From Bacillales bacterium UBA3835 (GTDB lineage: Bacteria; Bacillota_I; Bacilli_A; RFN20; CAG-826): 53,599 nucleotides of DNA. Numbering within the stretch: the first letter of the stretch is position 1; each line of letters starts with the position of its first letter. The DNA is taken from NCBI GenBank assembly GCA_002392945.1, contig DGHZ01000010.1:1-53599 (forward strand). Reading direction: 5' to 3'. The notes beneath the pieces are model-generated. The model was not told the origin of the DNA, did no database searches, and saw only the letters and a program-made list of their open reading frames with translations. Shown piece after piece: positions 7,908 through 16,053 of this stretch. A program made the translations under genes and the position numbers.

Positions 7908-9860
7908 ATGAAAAAGAAGACATTAATTGTTCCTGTTGTAGCGGCTATGCTAGCTGTATCATGTGGCTCTGCTCCAACAGTGAGAGATTGGTCTGAGGAT
8001 GTTAAGAGCTTTATGTCTGAAAAATTAGGCGAAGTTCTTCCATTTCTTGCCTTAGACGAAGCATCAACAGTTATTGGATATGAAGCAGATGAATTTGGTG
8101 GTTATTTCAGTGCATATGATGATAATGCAACCAATTTAGTTGAAGCTTATGGACAAAAATTAGTTGATGAAGCAAAGTTTGTTTTTGACCAAGATTCAGG
8201 TGCTTATTATAAGGAAAACGAACTTTCTACCATTCAAGTAGCGCTCAGCTATTATGATGCGCAATCAGGAGTTACCCCAGGTAATGAAATCAACGTTAAC
8301 TTCATGTATAACGAATCACCTGAAATTGGTGATTGGAGTGCCGATGTTAAAACTAAAATGCAATCAATGTTTGGCATGGTGTTCCCATATGCCTCTATCG
8401 ATAAAGGTGAAATTTTCCGTTTTGGTACATCTACCGAAGTAGAATTCTACATGTTTGGTGAGGTTGAAAGTAATAAATGTGTTACTTATCTTACCAGATT
8501 AACTCAAGTTGGCTTTGAAATTTACGTAGATGAGTCTTATAACTACTACGCTTTAGCTCAAGTTGGTGACAACACAGTTAAAGTTGAAGTAGCTTATCTC
8601 GATGAAGAAGAGGCTGCCAAATATGGTTATACTTCCGCACTTAATGAGATTGATATCTCATTTACCAGCTTAAAGAAAGATTCTTTCCCAGCTGTTGAAA
8701 CAAAATCCGGTATCGAATATTATGCTGAGGAAGAAGTACCAGTCCCAGATTTCACAGCTCAAGCAGAAGGTGTATTCTACTACTATGAACAACAAATCAT
8801 GGAACTCTTTGAAGGCTTCGAAGTGTTATACTTGGACACTTATGCTTATGGCGTTACTTCTGCCGAGTTAGCACAATACGCTAGAACATTAATTGGCCAA
8901 GGTTGGGTTCTTAGCTATTATGATGGTACAGACTACTCTCTCATGTATCCAAATTCATACATGTTGGTTGATCTTATAGACCATAGTGAGTCTGTTGATC
9001 CTAAAGATCCATATACCGCACAATTCTCATTCTACTCATATTTTTCTGATAATGGTGACTTCGAAAATGAAGACGTAGCAACAACACTTGCGTTCTTATT
9101 ACAATTACCTGCAGAATCTATCGTTGCACCAACAGAAGAAACAGATACAACTTATTATGTTGTAACTTCCTATTCTGAAGCTACCGTTGAACAAGTTGTT
9201 CCATACATTAGTTCCGCTATTTCCTACTCCGGATACTACTTCTTCAACCAAGACCTTTCTTCAGTTGAATATGAAGATCCAGAAGCAGAAGAAAAAGTTG
9301 TGAAGGCTTGCAAATATTACTTCTTAACTGATGGTTGGACCGAAGATAATAACGGACAATACATTTACTTAGAAGTTTCTAAAGACGCAGAAGTCGCTGG
9401 AAAAGTTAATGTGAGCATCAAGATTGCTGGTAACCCAGTCGAAAAGATTTGGACACCATTAGATGTTTTAGAAAAACTAGTTGCTGATACAGCTATTGGT
9501 TCTTCTCTTGGTTTTGCATCTACAGATATCCACGATCTCGGTGATGGTGAATATGTATTATCTGCATATAGATGGCCATCAGAATATGCTCAACTAATTG
9601 TTAACATAGTCATGTCTTCCATTCAGTCTGGTTTAAGAGATTTCTCTACAGAACAAACCGAATTCTTAACTAGAGAAGTTGAAATCGAAGGAGAAACTTA
9701 CACTGTTTATTACGTCGTTTATACATGGACTAGTAGAGATGGTTCAAAAACAGTGGCTCTTAACTTCAACTACTTTATTGATGGAGACGGAATGATCAAT
9801 CCAGCATTAAGCGCTTACGAGATTGCTGCTAATCCAGAAGCTCCTGAAGCTGGTGAATAA
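7908..9860 (+). CDS. Acidic surface lipoprotein, modular (650 aa from the ATG at 7908)
   Basis: ORF track 7887-9860. The ATG at 7908 is preferred because GGAG lies upstream. Signal peptide MKKKTLIVPVVAAMLAVSC with lipobox. Very D/E/Y-rich. Contains two tandem copies of a module also present in the 11554-12741 protein. Confidence 0.75.
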   Translation: MKKKTLIVPVVAAMLAVSCGSAPTVRDWSEDVKSFMSEKLGEVLPFLALDEASTVIGYEADEFGGYFSAYDDNATNLVEAYGQKLVDEAKFVFDQDSGAYYKENELSTIQVALSYYDAQSGVTPGNEINVNFMYNESPEIGDWSADVKTKMQSMFGMVFPYASIDKGEIFRFGTSTEVEFYMFGEVESNKCVTYLTRLTQVGFEIYVDESYNYYALAQVGDNTVKVEVAYLDEEEAAKYGYTSALNEIDISFTSLKKDSFPAVETKSGIEYYAEEEVPVPDFTAQAEGVFYYYEQQIMELFEGFEVLYLDTYAYGVTSAELAQYARTLIGQGWVLSYYDGTDYSLMYPNSYMLVDLIDHSESVDPKDPYTAQFSFYSYFSDNGDFENEDVATTLAFLLQLPAESIVAPTEETDTTYYVVTSYSEATVEQVVPYISSAISYSGYYFFNQDLSSVEYEDPEAEEKVVKACKYYFLTDGWTEDNNGQYIYLEVSKDAEVAGKVNVSIKIAGNPVEKIWTPLDVLEKLVADTAIGSSLGFASTDIHDLGDGEYVLSAYRWPSEYAQLIVNIVMSSIQSGLRDFSTEQTEFLTREVEIEGETYTVYYVVYTWTSRDGSKTVALNFNYFIDGDGMINPALSAYEIAANPEAPEAGE

Positions 9861-9876
9861 TTAATTATTCAATACT

Positions 9877-9906
9877 AGACTCGCCATTCGGCGGGTCTTT
9901 TATTTT
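9877..9906 (+). terminator. Intrinsic terminator of the lipoprotein gene
   Basis: 9-bp hairpin AGACTCGCC-ATTC-GGCGGGTCT followed by TTTATTTT. Confidence 0.7.
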
Positions 9907-10074
9907 GCTTATAATATCTATATAAGTATTTGCTAATAGCAAAATATTCATTTTGCTTTTTCTTTAATTTAAATTAAAAGCAGTCTATTAAATTTCAATT
10001 CTAAGGGTCTTTATATTTAATGATGAGATTTGATACCTGATTTTATAAACACTTTTTATATCGCCTTTTAGACA

Positions 10075-10103
10075 CTAAAAAAGCCCTCAATAATTTTGAG
10101 AGC
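10075..10103 (-). terminator. Intrinsic terminator downstream of the 117-aa membrane protein gene
   Basis: Hairpin GCTCTCAA-AATTA-TTGAGGGC (one mismatch) followed by T6 on the minus strand, 27 nt after the stop. Confidence 0.55.
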
Positions 10104-10129
10104 TTATTGGTAAATTAATAATTTGGAAA

Positions 10130-10483
10130 TTATTCAGCTGGAGAAGAAGTAACATCAACAACTTCGGCTTCAGGTTTCTTTTTAAGTCTTGCCGCTCGTC
10201 TTTGAGCTTTTTCAAAGTCACGATCACTTTTCTTCGCGTTGACTAATAAGACAATCACACTAACGACCACACTAACGCCAAGAACAATTAAGCCACATGT
10301 AAGGAAGCTAGTTCCAAATACGTTTCTAACATATGAATTGGCGTATCTAAGTCCAGAATATGGGCTTAAGAATTCACAAATAAAGCCTAATAGAGTATAA
10401 ACTAATCCCCATAAGCCTAATAACAATAAGGCTGAATAGGCAATTATTTCAAAAATAGAAAGTTGTTTTAGTTTTCTCTTCAT
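10130..10483 (-). CDS. Small membrane protein (two predicted TM helices, charged C-terminal tail)
   Basis: ORF track 117 aa. Two long hydrophobic segments followed by KKSDRDFEKAQRRAARLKKKPEAE. Lies 21 nt downstream of the 10505-11347 ORF on the same strand. Confidence 0.6.
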   Translation of the reverse strand: MKRKLKQLSIFEIIAYSALLLLGLWGLVYTLLGFICEFLSPYSGLRYANSYVRNVFGTSFLTCGLIVLGVSVVVSVIVLLVNAKKSDRDFEKAQRRAARLKKKPEAEVVDVTSSPAE

Positions 10484-10504
10484 ATTTTATTCTCCAAATA
10501 ATAA

Positions 10505-11347
10505 TTACGCTTTAGCGGTAGAACTATTACGGATATCCGCAAGCATTTCTTGGAGAGCTTTATTAAACTTCTCTTGCCATTTTGGTCCATTTAATGTGAA
10601 TTTCGCATTCACTCCATCTAATGCTTCTTTAAATAAATCTGGGAAGTTTTTATTATCTCTTCTATCTCTTCTACCTTCAGACATTTCCACGACTTGTAAA
10701 CATTTATCTAAAACATCTAATGTTTCATTATCAGTAAATCTAGTGTGTTCCCTAATATTTCTTAACATTCTTGCATACTTAGTTAATTCATTTTGAACGA
10801 TAAAGTTAGATTGTGGAGTAGGTTTTCCACCCGATTCTCCCATCACTTTTTGGAATTCAAAGAATGATTTTTGGAAATCTTGCATCATCAAAAGATATGC
10901 AAATAAACGATATTGTCTATCATCATAAGGCATTAATTCTTCGATAATTGGTTCATTTTCATTTTGTTTTCTGGCTAAGTTCACATGGAAATAGATGATA
11001 TCTCTAATTGGTTCCATCATCGCAGTAACAAGTTCATAAATTCTTAAATGTTGAGAATGATCCACTCTAATTTTGCCTTCAGCGGTTTTCACTAAAATTG
11101 TGGAATTATCTCCATAGACTTCTTCTAAAAGTTCATCATAATTCTTTAATAATTCAGTGAACTTATCTTTGTTAGCTTCTAAGAATTTTCCTAAAGGAGT
11201 TTCTTTAGATAAGCCTTTAGTTAACACTTCTTTTCTTTGGTTATAAACCTTTTCTTCATGTTCGCGTGGTAAAACATATTCAAGAGTGTCTCTTAAATGT
11301 GTGGCAACGTGAATAATATCGAAATTGTATTGATTAATGTTTTTCAT
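10505..11347 (-). CDS. Hypothetical cytoplasmic protein, predicted all-helical (280 aa from the ATG at 11347)
   Basis: ORF track 10505-11389. The ATG at 11347 (MKNINQY) is preceded by GAAGGAGG with a 7-nt spacer. No signal peptide and no family recognised. Confidence 0.65.
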   Translation of the reverse strand: MKNINQYNFDIIHVATHLRDTLEYVLPREHEEKVYNQRKEVLTKGLSKETPLGKFLEANKDKFTELLKNYDELLEEVYGDNSTILVKTAEGKIRVDHSQHLRIYELVTAMMEPIRDIIYFHVNLARKQNENEPIIEELMPYDDRQYRLFAYLLMMQDFQKSFFEFQKVMGESGGKPTPQSNFIVQNELTKYARMLRNIREHTRFTDNETLDVLDKCLQVVEMSEGRRDRRDNKNFPDLFKEALDGVNAKFTLNGPKWQEKFNKALQEMLADIRNSSTAKA

Positions 11348-11553
11348 AATACTAGCCTCCTTCAATACATTAGGGAAGTTTAACTTCACCTACGGACAAT
11401 TAACTTCTAATATATTGAAACTGCTAATATTATACACAAGTTATATAAAACTACATAAAAGTTTTATTAATAATTTGAATTTGTCCACTTATTATTGCTA
11501 GATAGCAAAATAAATATTATTCTAAATAAGTAAAGATTTTAGGAGGACACTCT

Positions 11554-12741
11554 ATGAAGAAAATTTTTATTCTCCCTGCATTATTTGCTCTTGTTGCCAC
11601 TGGATGTGGTGAAGACGAACAGCCACAAAGCGTTGAATGGTCTCAAGAAATCAAAGCAGAAATGACAGAATATTTAGGTTTAGTATTACCATATGTGCAA
11701 TTCGACGAAGCAACTTTATATCATGAATGGAGCGATCAAGAAAGCGGTTATTTTATTGGAGACGATTCTGAAACCAATGTCTTAGATGGTTATGGTGATA
11801 GACTTATTAGAACTGGCTGGACAGCAGTAACTCAAGAAGGTAATGTCAATTACACCAAATCCTCAGAAGCTGGCGAATTAACATTACACTACGAGTGGTA
11901 TGAAGCTACCGAAGAATACCCATGCGGTAATGAAATTGCAATTTATGTTGAAGGAGGAGGAGTTGTTCCTCCTGGAGATGATCCAGTTACCGGAACATAC
12001 GATTTTGAGATGGCTGACTACGGATGGGCGGATGCTGAAGTAATCTCTTCGACATCACTTGCTCCAGGCTTAACCATTGATGCAAGTAAGAACAGTGGAT
12101 CCCTTGATCCAAAATATTATAGTTCTGGTGCTAGCATTAGATTATATCCTAGCAACACCATTACGTTCTCTGCTGACAACCTCACCAAGCTTGAATTTAC
12201 TTTTACAAGAATTGATGACAATTTTGCATTTACTCCAGATTCAGGAACATTTGAAGCTGATCTAAGTGAAAAAACTGGTGTTTGGACTGGCAATGCTGCC
12301 TCTGTCACATTCACATTAGGAAGCACTTCCGGAAAACAAATTCGTATTTCAAAAGTTACTGCTACAGGTACCTTCTCTGGCGGAAGTTCACCAATTGTAC
12401 CAGGCGGAGATGAAAGAACTGTGGAAGATATTGCTAAAGATATCTGTAGTGCTTTAGAGATGCCAACAAGCCAGATTTCATGGGACGGACAAGACGCATA
12501 CATCGGTGTTGTTTTTGATGGTGTCTCTAATCTAGAAGAAGCATGTCTTGCTGGTATTGATTATTTACCAGATTATGTAGAAGAATATGCTGATCCGGAA
12601 GCAGGTGAATGGGAAGATGGAGATGAAGGCTATTTTGCTTACTATATCGATGCTGAAAGTTTAATCTATATAGATATTGGCTCATATCTTTCTGGTAACG
12701 AATATGTTACTCAATATTGCATTTATCAAATGGCCTATTAA
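11554..12741 (+). CDS. Acidic surface lipoprotein, paralogue of the 7908-9860 product
   Basis: ORF track 395 aa. SD AGGAGG. Signal peptide MKKIFILPALFALVATGC with lipobox. The N-terminal module VEWSQEIKAEMTEYLGLVLPY...GNEIAIYV matches both modules of the larger lipoprotein. Confidence 0.75.
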   Translation: MKKIFILPALFALVATGCGEDEQPQSVEWSQEIKAEMTEYLGLVLPYVQFDEATLYHEWSDQESGYFIGDDSETNVLDGYGDRLIRTGWTAVTQEGNVNYTKSSEAGELTLHYEWYEATEEYPCGNEIAIYVEGGGVVPPGDDPVTGTYDFEMADYGWADAEVISSTSLAPGLTIDASKNSGSLDPKYYSSGASIRLYPSNTITFSADNLTKLEFTFTRIDDNFAFTPDSGTFEADLSEKTGVWTGNAASVTFTLGSTSGKQIRISKVTATGTFSGGSSPIVPGGDERTVEDIAKDICSALEMPTSQISWDGQDAYIGVVFDGVSNLEEACLAGIDYLPDYVEEYADPEAGEWEDGDEGYFAYYIDAESLIYIDIGSYLSGNEYVTQYCIYQMAY

Positions 12742-12756
12742 TTATTAAGACAAACT

Positions 12757-12790
12757 AAAAGGCCTTAGCGGTTGCTAAGACCTTTTTTAT
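12757..12790. terminator. Bidirectional intrinsic terminator (lipoprotein gene / hpf)
   Basis: Hairpin AGGCCTTAGC-GGTT-GCTAAGACCT flanked by AAAA and TTTTTT. Confidence 0.65.
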
Positions 12791-12805
12791 TATCTTAGAT
12801 AATAA

Positions 12806-13357
12806 TTACTTAATTGGATTCTCCGCTTGGATGACTCCGTATCCACCATCTTTTCTAATATAAACAGTAGAGATACGATCATCTTCTTCATCGAGATACA
12901 CAAAGAAGTCATGTCCTAAGGCTTCCATTCTAGTAATAGCCTCTTCAATAGACATTGGTTGAAGATAATAAGATTTAGTTCTTACAACGACATCTTCTTC
13001 ATCTTCTTTCTTTTCTTCTTTGATTTCTTCAAAGTTAATAGCTTTTCCTAAAGAAATACGGCCATTACTTCTATCCATTCTGGTTTTAATTTTTCTCATT
13101 TGGCCTTCAAGCTTATCCACTACTAAGTCGATAGCAGCGTATAAATCTTGATGCTCAACTTCTGCTCTTAAAGGCATAGAAGGTAAAAAGATTGTGACTT
13201 CAACTTTTTGCGCTTCTTTATGAGCGGAAACAACACAACGACATTCGACTTCGTCGTTAATAAGGAAGTACTTGTCCATCTTGGCAAGTTTTGTTTGCAA
13301 TGCATTCGAAATACCTTCGGTAACTTGAATGTTTTTGCCACTAATTACATATTTCAT
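12806..13357 (-). CDS. hpf: Ribosome hibernation-promoting factor, long form
   Basis: ORF track 183 aa. The N-terminal sigma-54-modulation/YfiA-type domain (GKNIQVTEGISNALQTKLAKMDKYF) plus a C-terminal dimerisation domain (MSIEEAITRMEALGHDFFVY) is typical of Firmicute long HPF. Confidence 0.9.
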   Translation of the reverse strand: MKYVISGKNIQVTEGISNALQTKLAKMDKYFLINDEVECRCVVSAHKEAQKVEVTIFLPSMPLRAEVEHQDLYAAIDLVVDKLEGQMRKIKTRMDRSNGRISLGKAINFEEIKEEKKEDEEDVVVRTKSYYLQPMSIEEAITRMEALGHDFFVYLDEEDDRISTVYIRKDGGYGVIQAENPIK

Positions 13358-13466
13358 GATATTTATCTCCTTTCCAAATCACTGAAATAGGATTTTTAAG
13401 ACACTTTTATTATAACTCTAAAAAGTCCTCTATTTATAGAGTAATTGATATATTTTTTGCTTAATT

Positions 13467-14630
13467 CTAATTTAAAAGTTTTTTAATATCTTCAACTTTA
13501 TCAAGTTTTTCCCAAGGTAAATCAATATCAGGGCGACCAAAATGACCATAATTCGAGATATCTTGATATTTAAATGTTGGTTTTTTAAGTGAGAAGTTTT
13601 TAATTATCATGCCAGGACGACAATCAAATACTTTATGGATAACTTCTAAAATCTTTTCATCTGGATATTTACTAGTCTTGAAAGTTTTAACTCCAATACT
13701 TAATGGATAATTAACTCCAATTGCATAAGAGAGTTGCACTTCTAAACGGTCCGCGACTCCTGCGGCTACTAAGTTTTTAGCAATATATCGAGCCATATAT
13801 GCTCCACTTCTATCAACTTTTGAAGGGTCTTTTCCTGAGAAAGCTCCTCCACCATGATTAGCGGATCCACCATAAGTATCAACAATAATCTTTCTACCGG
13901 TTAAGCCAGTATCTCCAGCAGGTCCCCCTAAAACAAATCTACCAGTTGGATTAATTAAATATTTAAAATCAGTATTTAAACCAAATGATTTAGCGACTTC
14001 TTGCATAATATTTTTATGAATATATTCTTTAAATTCATCTAGATTAATATCTTCATCGTGTTGCACGGACATTAGCATATTATCAATACGAATATGTTTA
14101 GGATCGGTGTAGTCGATAGTCACTTGACTCTTCATATCAGGTCTAGCACCCTTAAAAAGCCCTCTACGACGTTTTTCAGAGGCATCCCTAACAAGTTTAT
14201 GGGCAATAGAAATTGCAAGCGGCATATACCCACTAGTCTCATTTGTAGCGTAGCCAAACATTAAACCTTGGTCACCCGCTCCTAAATCTTCAGGTTTCTT
14301 TTGATTTACTCCTTGATTAATATCAGGAGATTGTTGTTTAGTCTTATCAACGATTTCTATCGTATGATAATCACATCCATATTCAGGTTTATCATAACCA
14401 ATCTTCTTTAATACATCTTTAACGATTTGAGAGATATCGACTTTTTCTTTACAAGTAATTTCTCCTCCTACAAGGATAAAGTTTGTAGTCGCAAAAGTCT
14501 CACACGCCACATGAGCATTTGGATCCACTTTTAAACACGCATCTAACACTGCGTCACTAATCTGGTCACATACTTTATCTGGATGACCCTCACTAACTGA
14601 TTCTGAAGTAAATAAGATTTTTTCTTTCAT
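13467..14630 (-). CDS. metK: S-adenosylmethionine synthetase
   Basis: ORF track 387 aa. Motifs FTSESVSEGHPDKVCDQISD, GAGDQG, GGGAFSGKD and DTYGG. Confidence 0.97.
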   Translation of the reverse strand: MKEKILFTSESVSEGHPDKVCDQISDAVLDACLKVDPNAHVACETFATTNFILVGGEITCKEKVDISQIVKDVLKKIGYDKPEYGCDYHTIEIVDKTKQQSPDINQGVNQKKPEDLGAGDQGLMFGYATNETSGYMPLAISIAHKLVRDASEKRRRGLFKGARPDMKSQVTIDYTDPKHIRIDNMLMSVQHDEDINLDEFKEYIHKNIMQEVAKSFGLNTDFKYLINPTGRFVLGGPAGDTGLTGRKIIVDTYGGSANHGGGAFSGKDPSKVDRSGAYMARYIAKNLVAAGVADRLEVQLSYAIGVNYPLSIGVKTFKTSKYPDEKILEVIHKVFDCRPGMIIKNFSLKKPTFKYQDISNYGHFGRPDIDLPWEKLDKVEDIKKLLN

Positions 14631-14647
14631 GATGATATACCTTCTAT

Positions 14648-14797
14648 AAAAATAAAACTTCCCCCAGAATTGGGAGAAGTTATTTTTCTTCTCAACTTAT
14701 CGATCAAAGTTCTGGGACTTTGCTAAGGAGAGCACTTACTCTTCCGAGAGTTGCTATCGTGTTTTTTCATCCTTTTTATCACGATTCTGGATAAGCA
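14648..14797 (-). promoter_or_regulatory. SAM-I (S-box) riboswitch with terminator/antiterminator expression platform, leader of metK
   Basis: Minus sense. P1 CTTATC...GATAAG. P2 hairpin ATCGTG...CACGAT with a loop AAGGA able to pseudoknot with TCCTT. AGCAAC...GTGCT (P3) and the CC..AGCA junction match the S-box consensus. The terminator is CTTCTCCC-AATTCT-GGGGGAAG plus TTTTATTTTT, with an alternative pairing GAGAAG/CTTCTC. Confidence 0.75.
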
Positions 14798-14819
14798 TTA
14801 ATATGATATATAAATATTA

Positions 14820-15068
14820 TTATTTATTCAAGTATTGTTTAATAGCTTGGGCTAATTGGTCAGGACAACTGGTGCCGTTTCGACATTGAATACCGTTAAG
14901 TCTTTTATATGCTTCTTCTAACGACATACCTACAAGTAGAGCCGCTAAACCTTGAGTGTTACCTCTACATCCACGAATAATCTTCACCTGTTTAATAATG
15001 CCATCTTCATGGTCGATAAACATCTCAATGGAGCAAGTTCCTTTAGGATAGTAATGGATAGTTTCCAT
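14820..15068 (-). CDS. TSCPD domain-containing protein (TIGR03905-type 4-Cys small protein)
   Basis: ORF track 82 aa. Motifs GTCS, RGCRGNTQG and NGTSCPDQLA. Confidence 0.8.
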   Translation of the reverse strand: METIHYYPKGTCSIEMFIDHEDGIIKQVKIIRGCRGNTQGLAALLVGMSLEEAYKRLNGIQCRNGTSCPDQLAQAIKQYLNK

Positions 15069-15640
15069 TATTTAACAATTCTCCCATAGACTGTTCCAGC
15101 ACAACCAGCTGCGTTGCTTTCATCAGTGTCGATATGCATTGCTAGAGCAAAATCTTCTCTAACTCTCACCACAACATCGCCAAAGATTAGGCTTCTACCT
15201 GGATTATTAACTTCTACTTTAACAATTTCACCGTTTTTTACACCAAATTCTTCAGCATCTTTTGGAGTCATATGAATATGTCTTTTCGCAACGATACAGC
15301 CTTCAGATAATTCCACTTCTCCAGCAGGGCCCACTAATTTAATAGCAGGAGAACCCGCTAAATCGCCAGATTCTCTAACCACTGCAGGAACACCTAAAGT
15401 TCTAGCATCAGTTGCAGAGACTTCAACTTGTCCAGCTTTTCTAAATGGTCCTAGGATGGAGACATTAGGAATAGTCTTTTTAGGTCCAACGATATCTAAT
15501 CTAGAAAAAGAGACGAATTGACCTGGTTGAGATAAAGGTGCTCTGACTTCGAGTTTGGCATCTTCACCAAATAAAATCTTAAATTGTTCTTCAGTGACGT
15601 GAATATGACGTGCACTGGTTTCCACTAATATTTCTTTCAT
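15068..15640 (-). CDS. pduL: Phosphate propanoyl/acetyl-transferase PduL
   Basis: ORF track 190 aa. Duplicated motifs SARHIHVTEEQF... and AKRHIHMTPKDA... are typical of PduL. Its stop overlaps the start of the TSCPD gene by 1 nt. Confidence 0.85.
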   Translation of the reverse strand: MKEILVETSARHIHVTEEQFKILFGEDAKLEVRAPLSQPGQFVSFSRLDIVGPKKTIPNVSILGPFRKAGQVEVSATDARTLGVPAVVRESGDLAGSPAIKLVGPAGEVELSEGCIVAKRHIHMTPKDAEEFGVKNGEIVKVEVNNPGRSLIFGDVVVRVREDFALAMHIDTDESNAAGCAGTVYGRIVK

Positions 15641-15746
15641 TTTTGTATACCTTCTTTATAGCGATACATATTTTAACAAATATAAGACTAAAAATCACTT
15701 GTCTTTTATCATTATTTTTCTTACAATAATCAAGCAACTTGAAAAT

Positions 15747-15831
15747 GCGCAGGTGGCGGAACTGGTAGACGCGTACGTTTGAGGGGCGTATATCGCAAGA
15801 TGTGTGAGTTCGATTCTCATCCCGCGCACCA
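15747..15831 (+). tRNA. tRNA-Leu (anticodon GAG), class II with long variable arm, CCA encoded
   Basis: Cloverleaf by eye: acceptor GCGCAGG/CCCGCGC (A5:C68 mismatch), D arm GCG-GAACTGGTAGA-CGC, anticodon stem TACGT/GCGTA with loop TTGAGGG, T arm GTGAG-TTCGATT-CTCAT, then ACCA. Confidence 0.9.
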
Positions 15832-15885
15832 TCAAGAAATTAACACTATGTGTTAAATAGGACAAGGTCCATAAAAACAAAAAAA

Positions 15886-15910
15886 TACGTCTTGAAAGGC
15901 GTGTTTTTTA
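15886..15910 (+). terminator. Possible intrinsic terminator after tRNA-Leu
   Basis: Weak hairpin TACGTC-TTGAAA-GGCGTG (two G:U pairs) followed by TTTTTTAT. Confidence 0.4.
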
Positions 15911-16053
15911 TATTTGTGTCCGTTGAAAAGCGCAAAAAAGAAAAACACAAAATAATTTCATCCTAATATTTATATTATATATTTCTATTAATTTATTACT
16001 TTGTACTAATTTAATATAAATATAAGGATGCTGATGATTGACAAAAAAATGTA

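Noticed and set aside
15695-15880. 61-aa minus-strand ORF
   Set aside because: It is antisense to and fully spans tRNA-Leu(GAG). It has no SD and its composition is driven by the tRNA.
15961-16035. dif-like XerC/D site in the AT-rich convergent gap (TCATCCTAATA-TTTATA-TTATATATTTC)
   Set aside because: Only about 18 of 28 positions match the remembered B. subtilis dif. The inner arms are not properly inverted, and such similarity is expected by chance in very AT-rich DNA.
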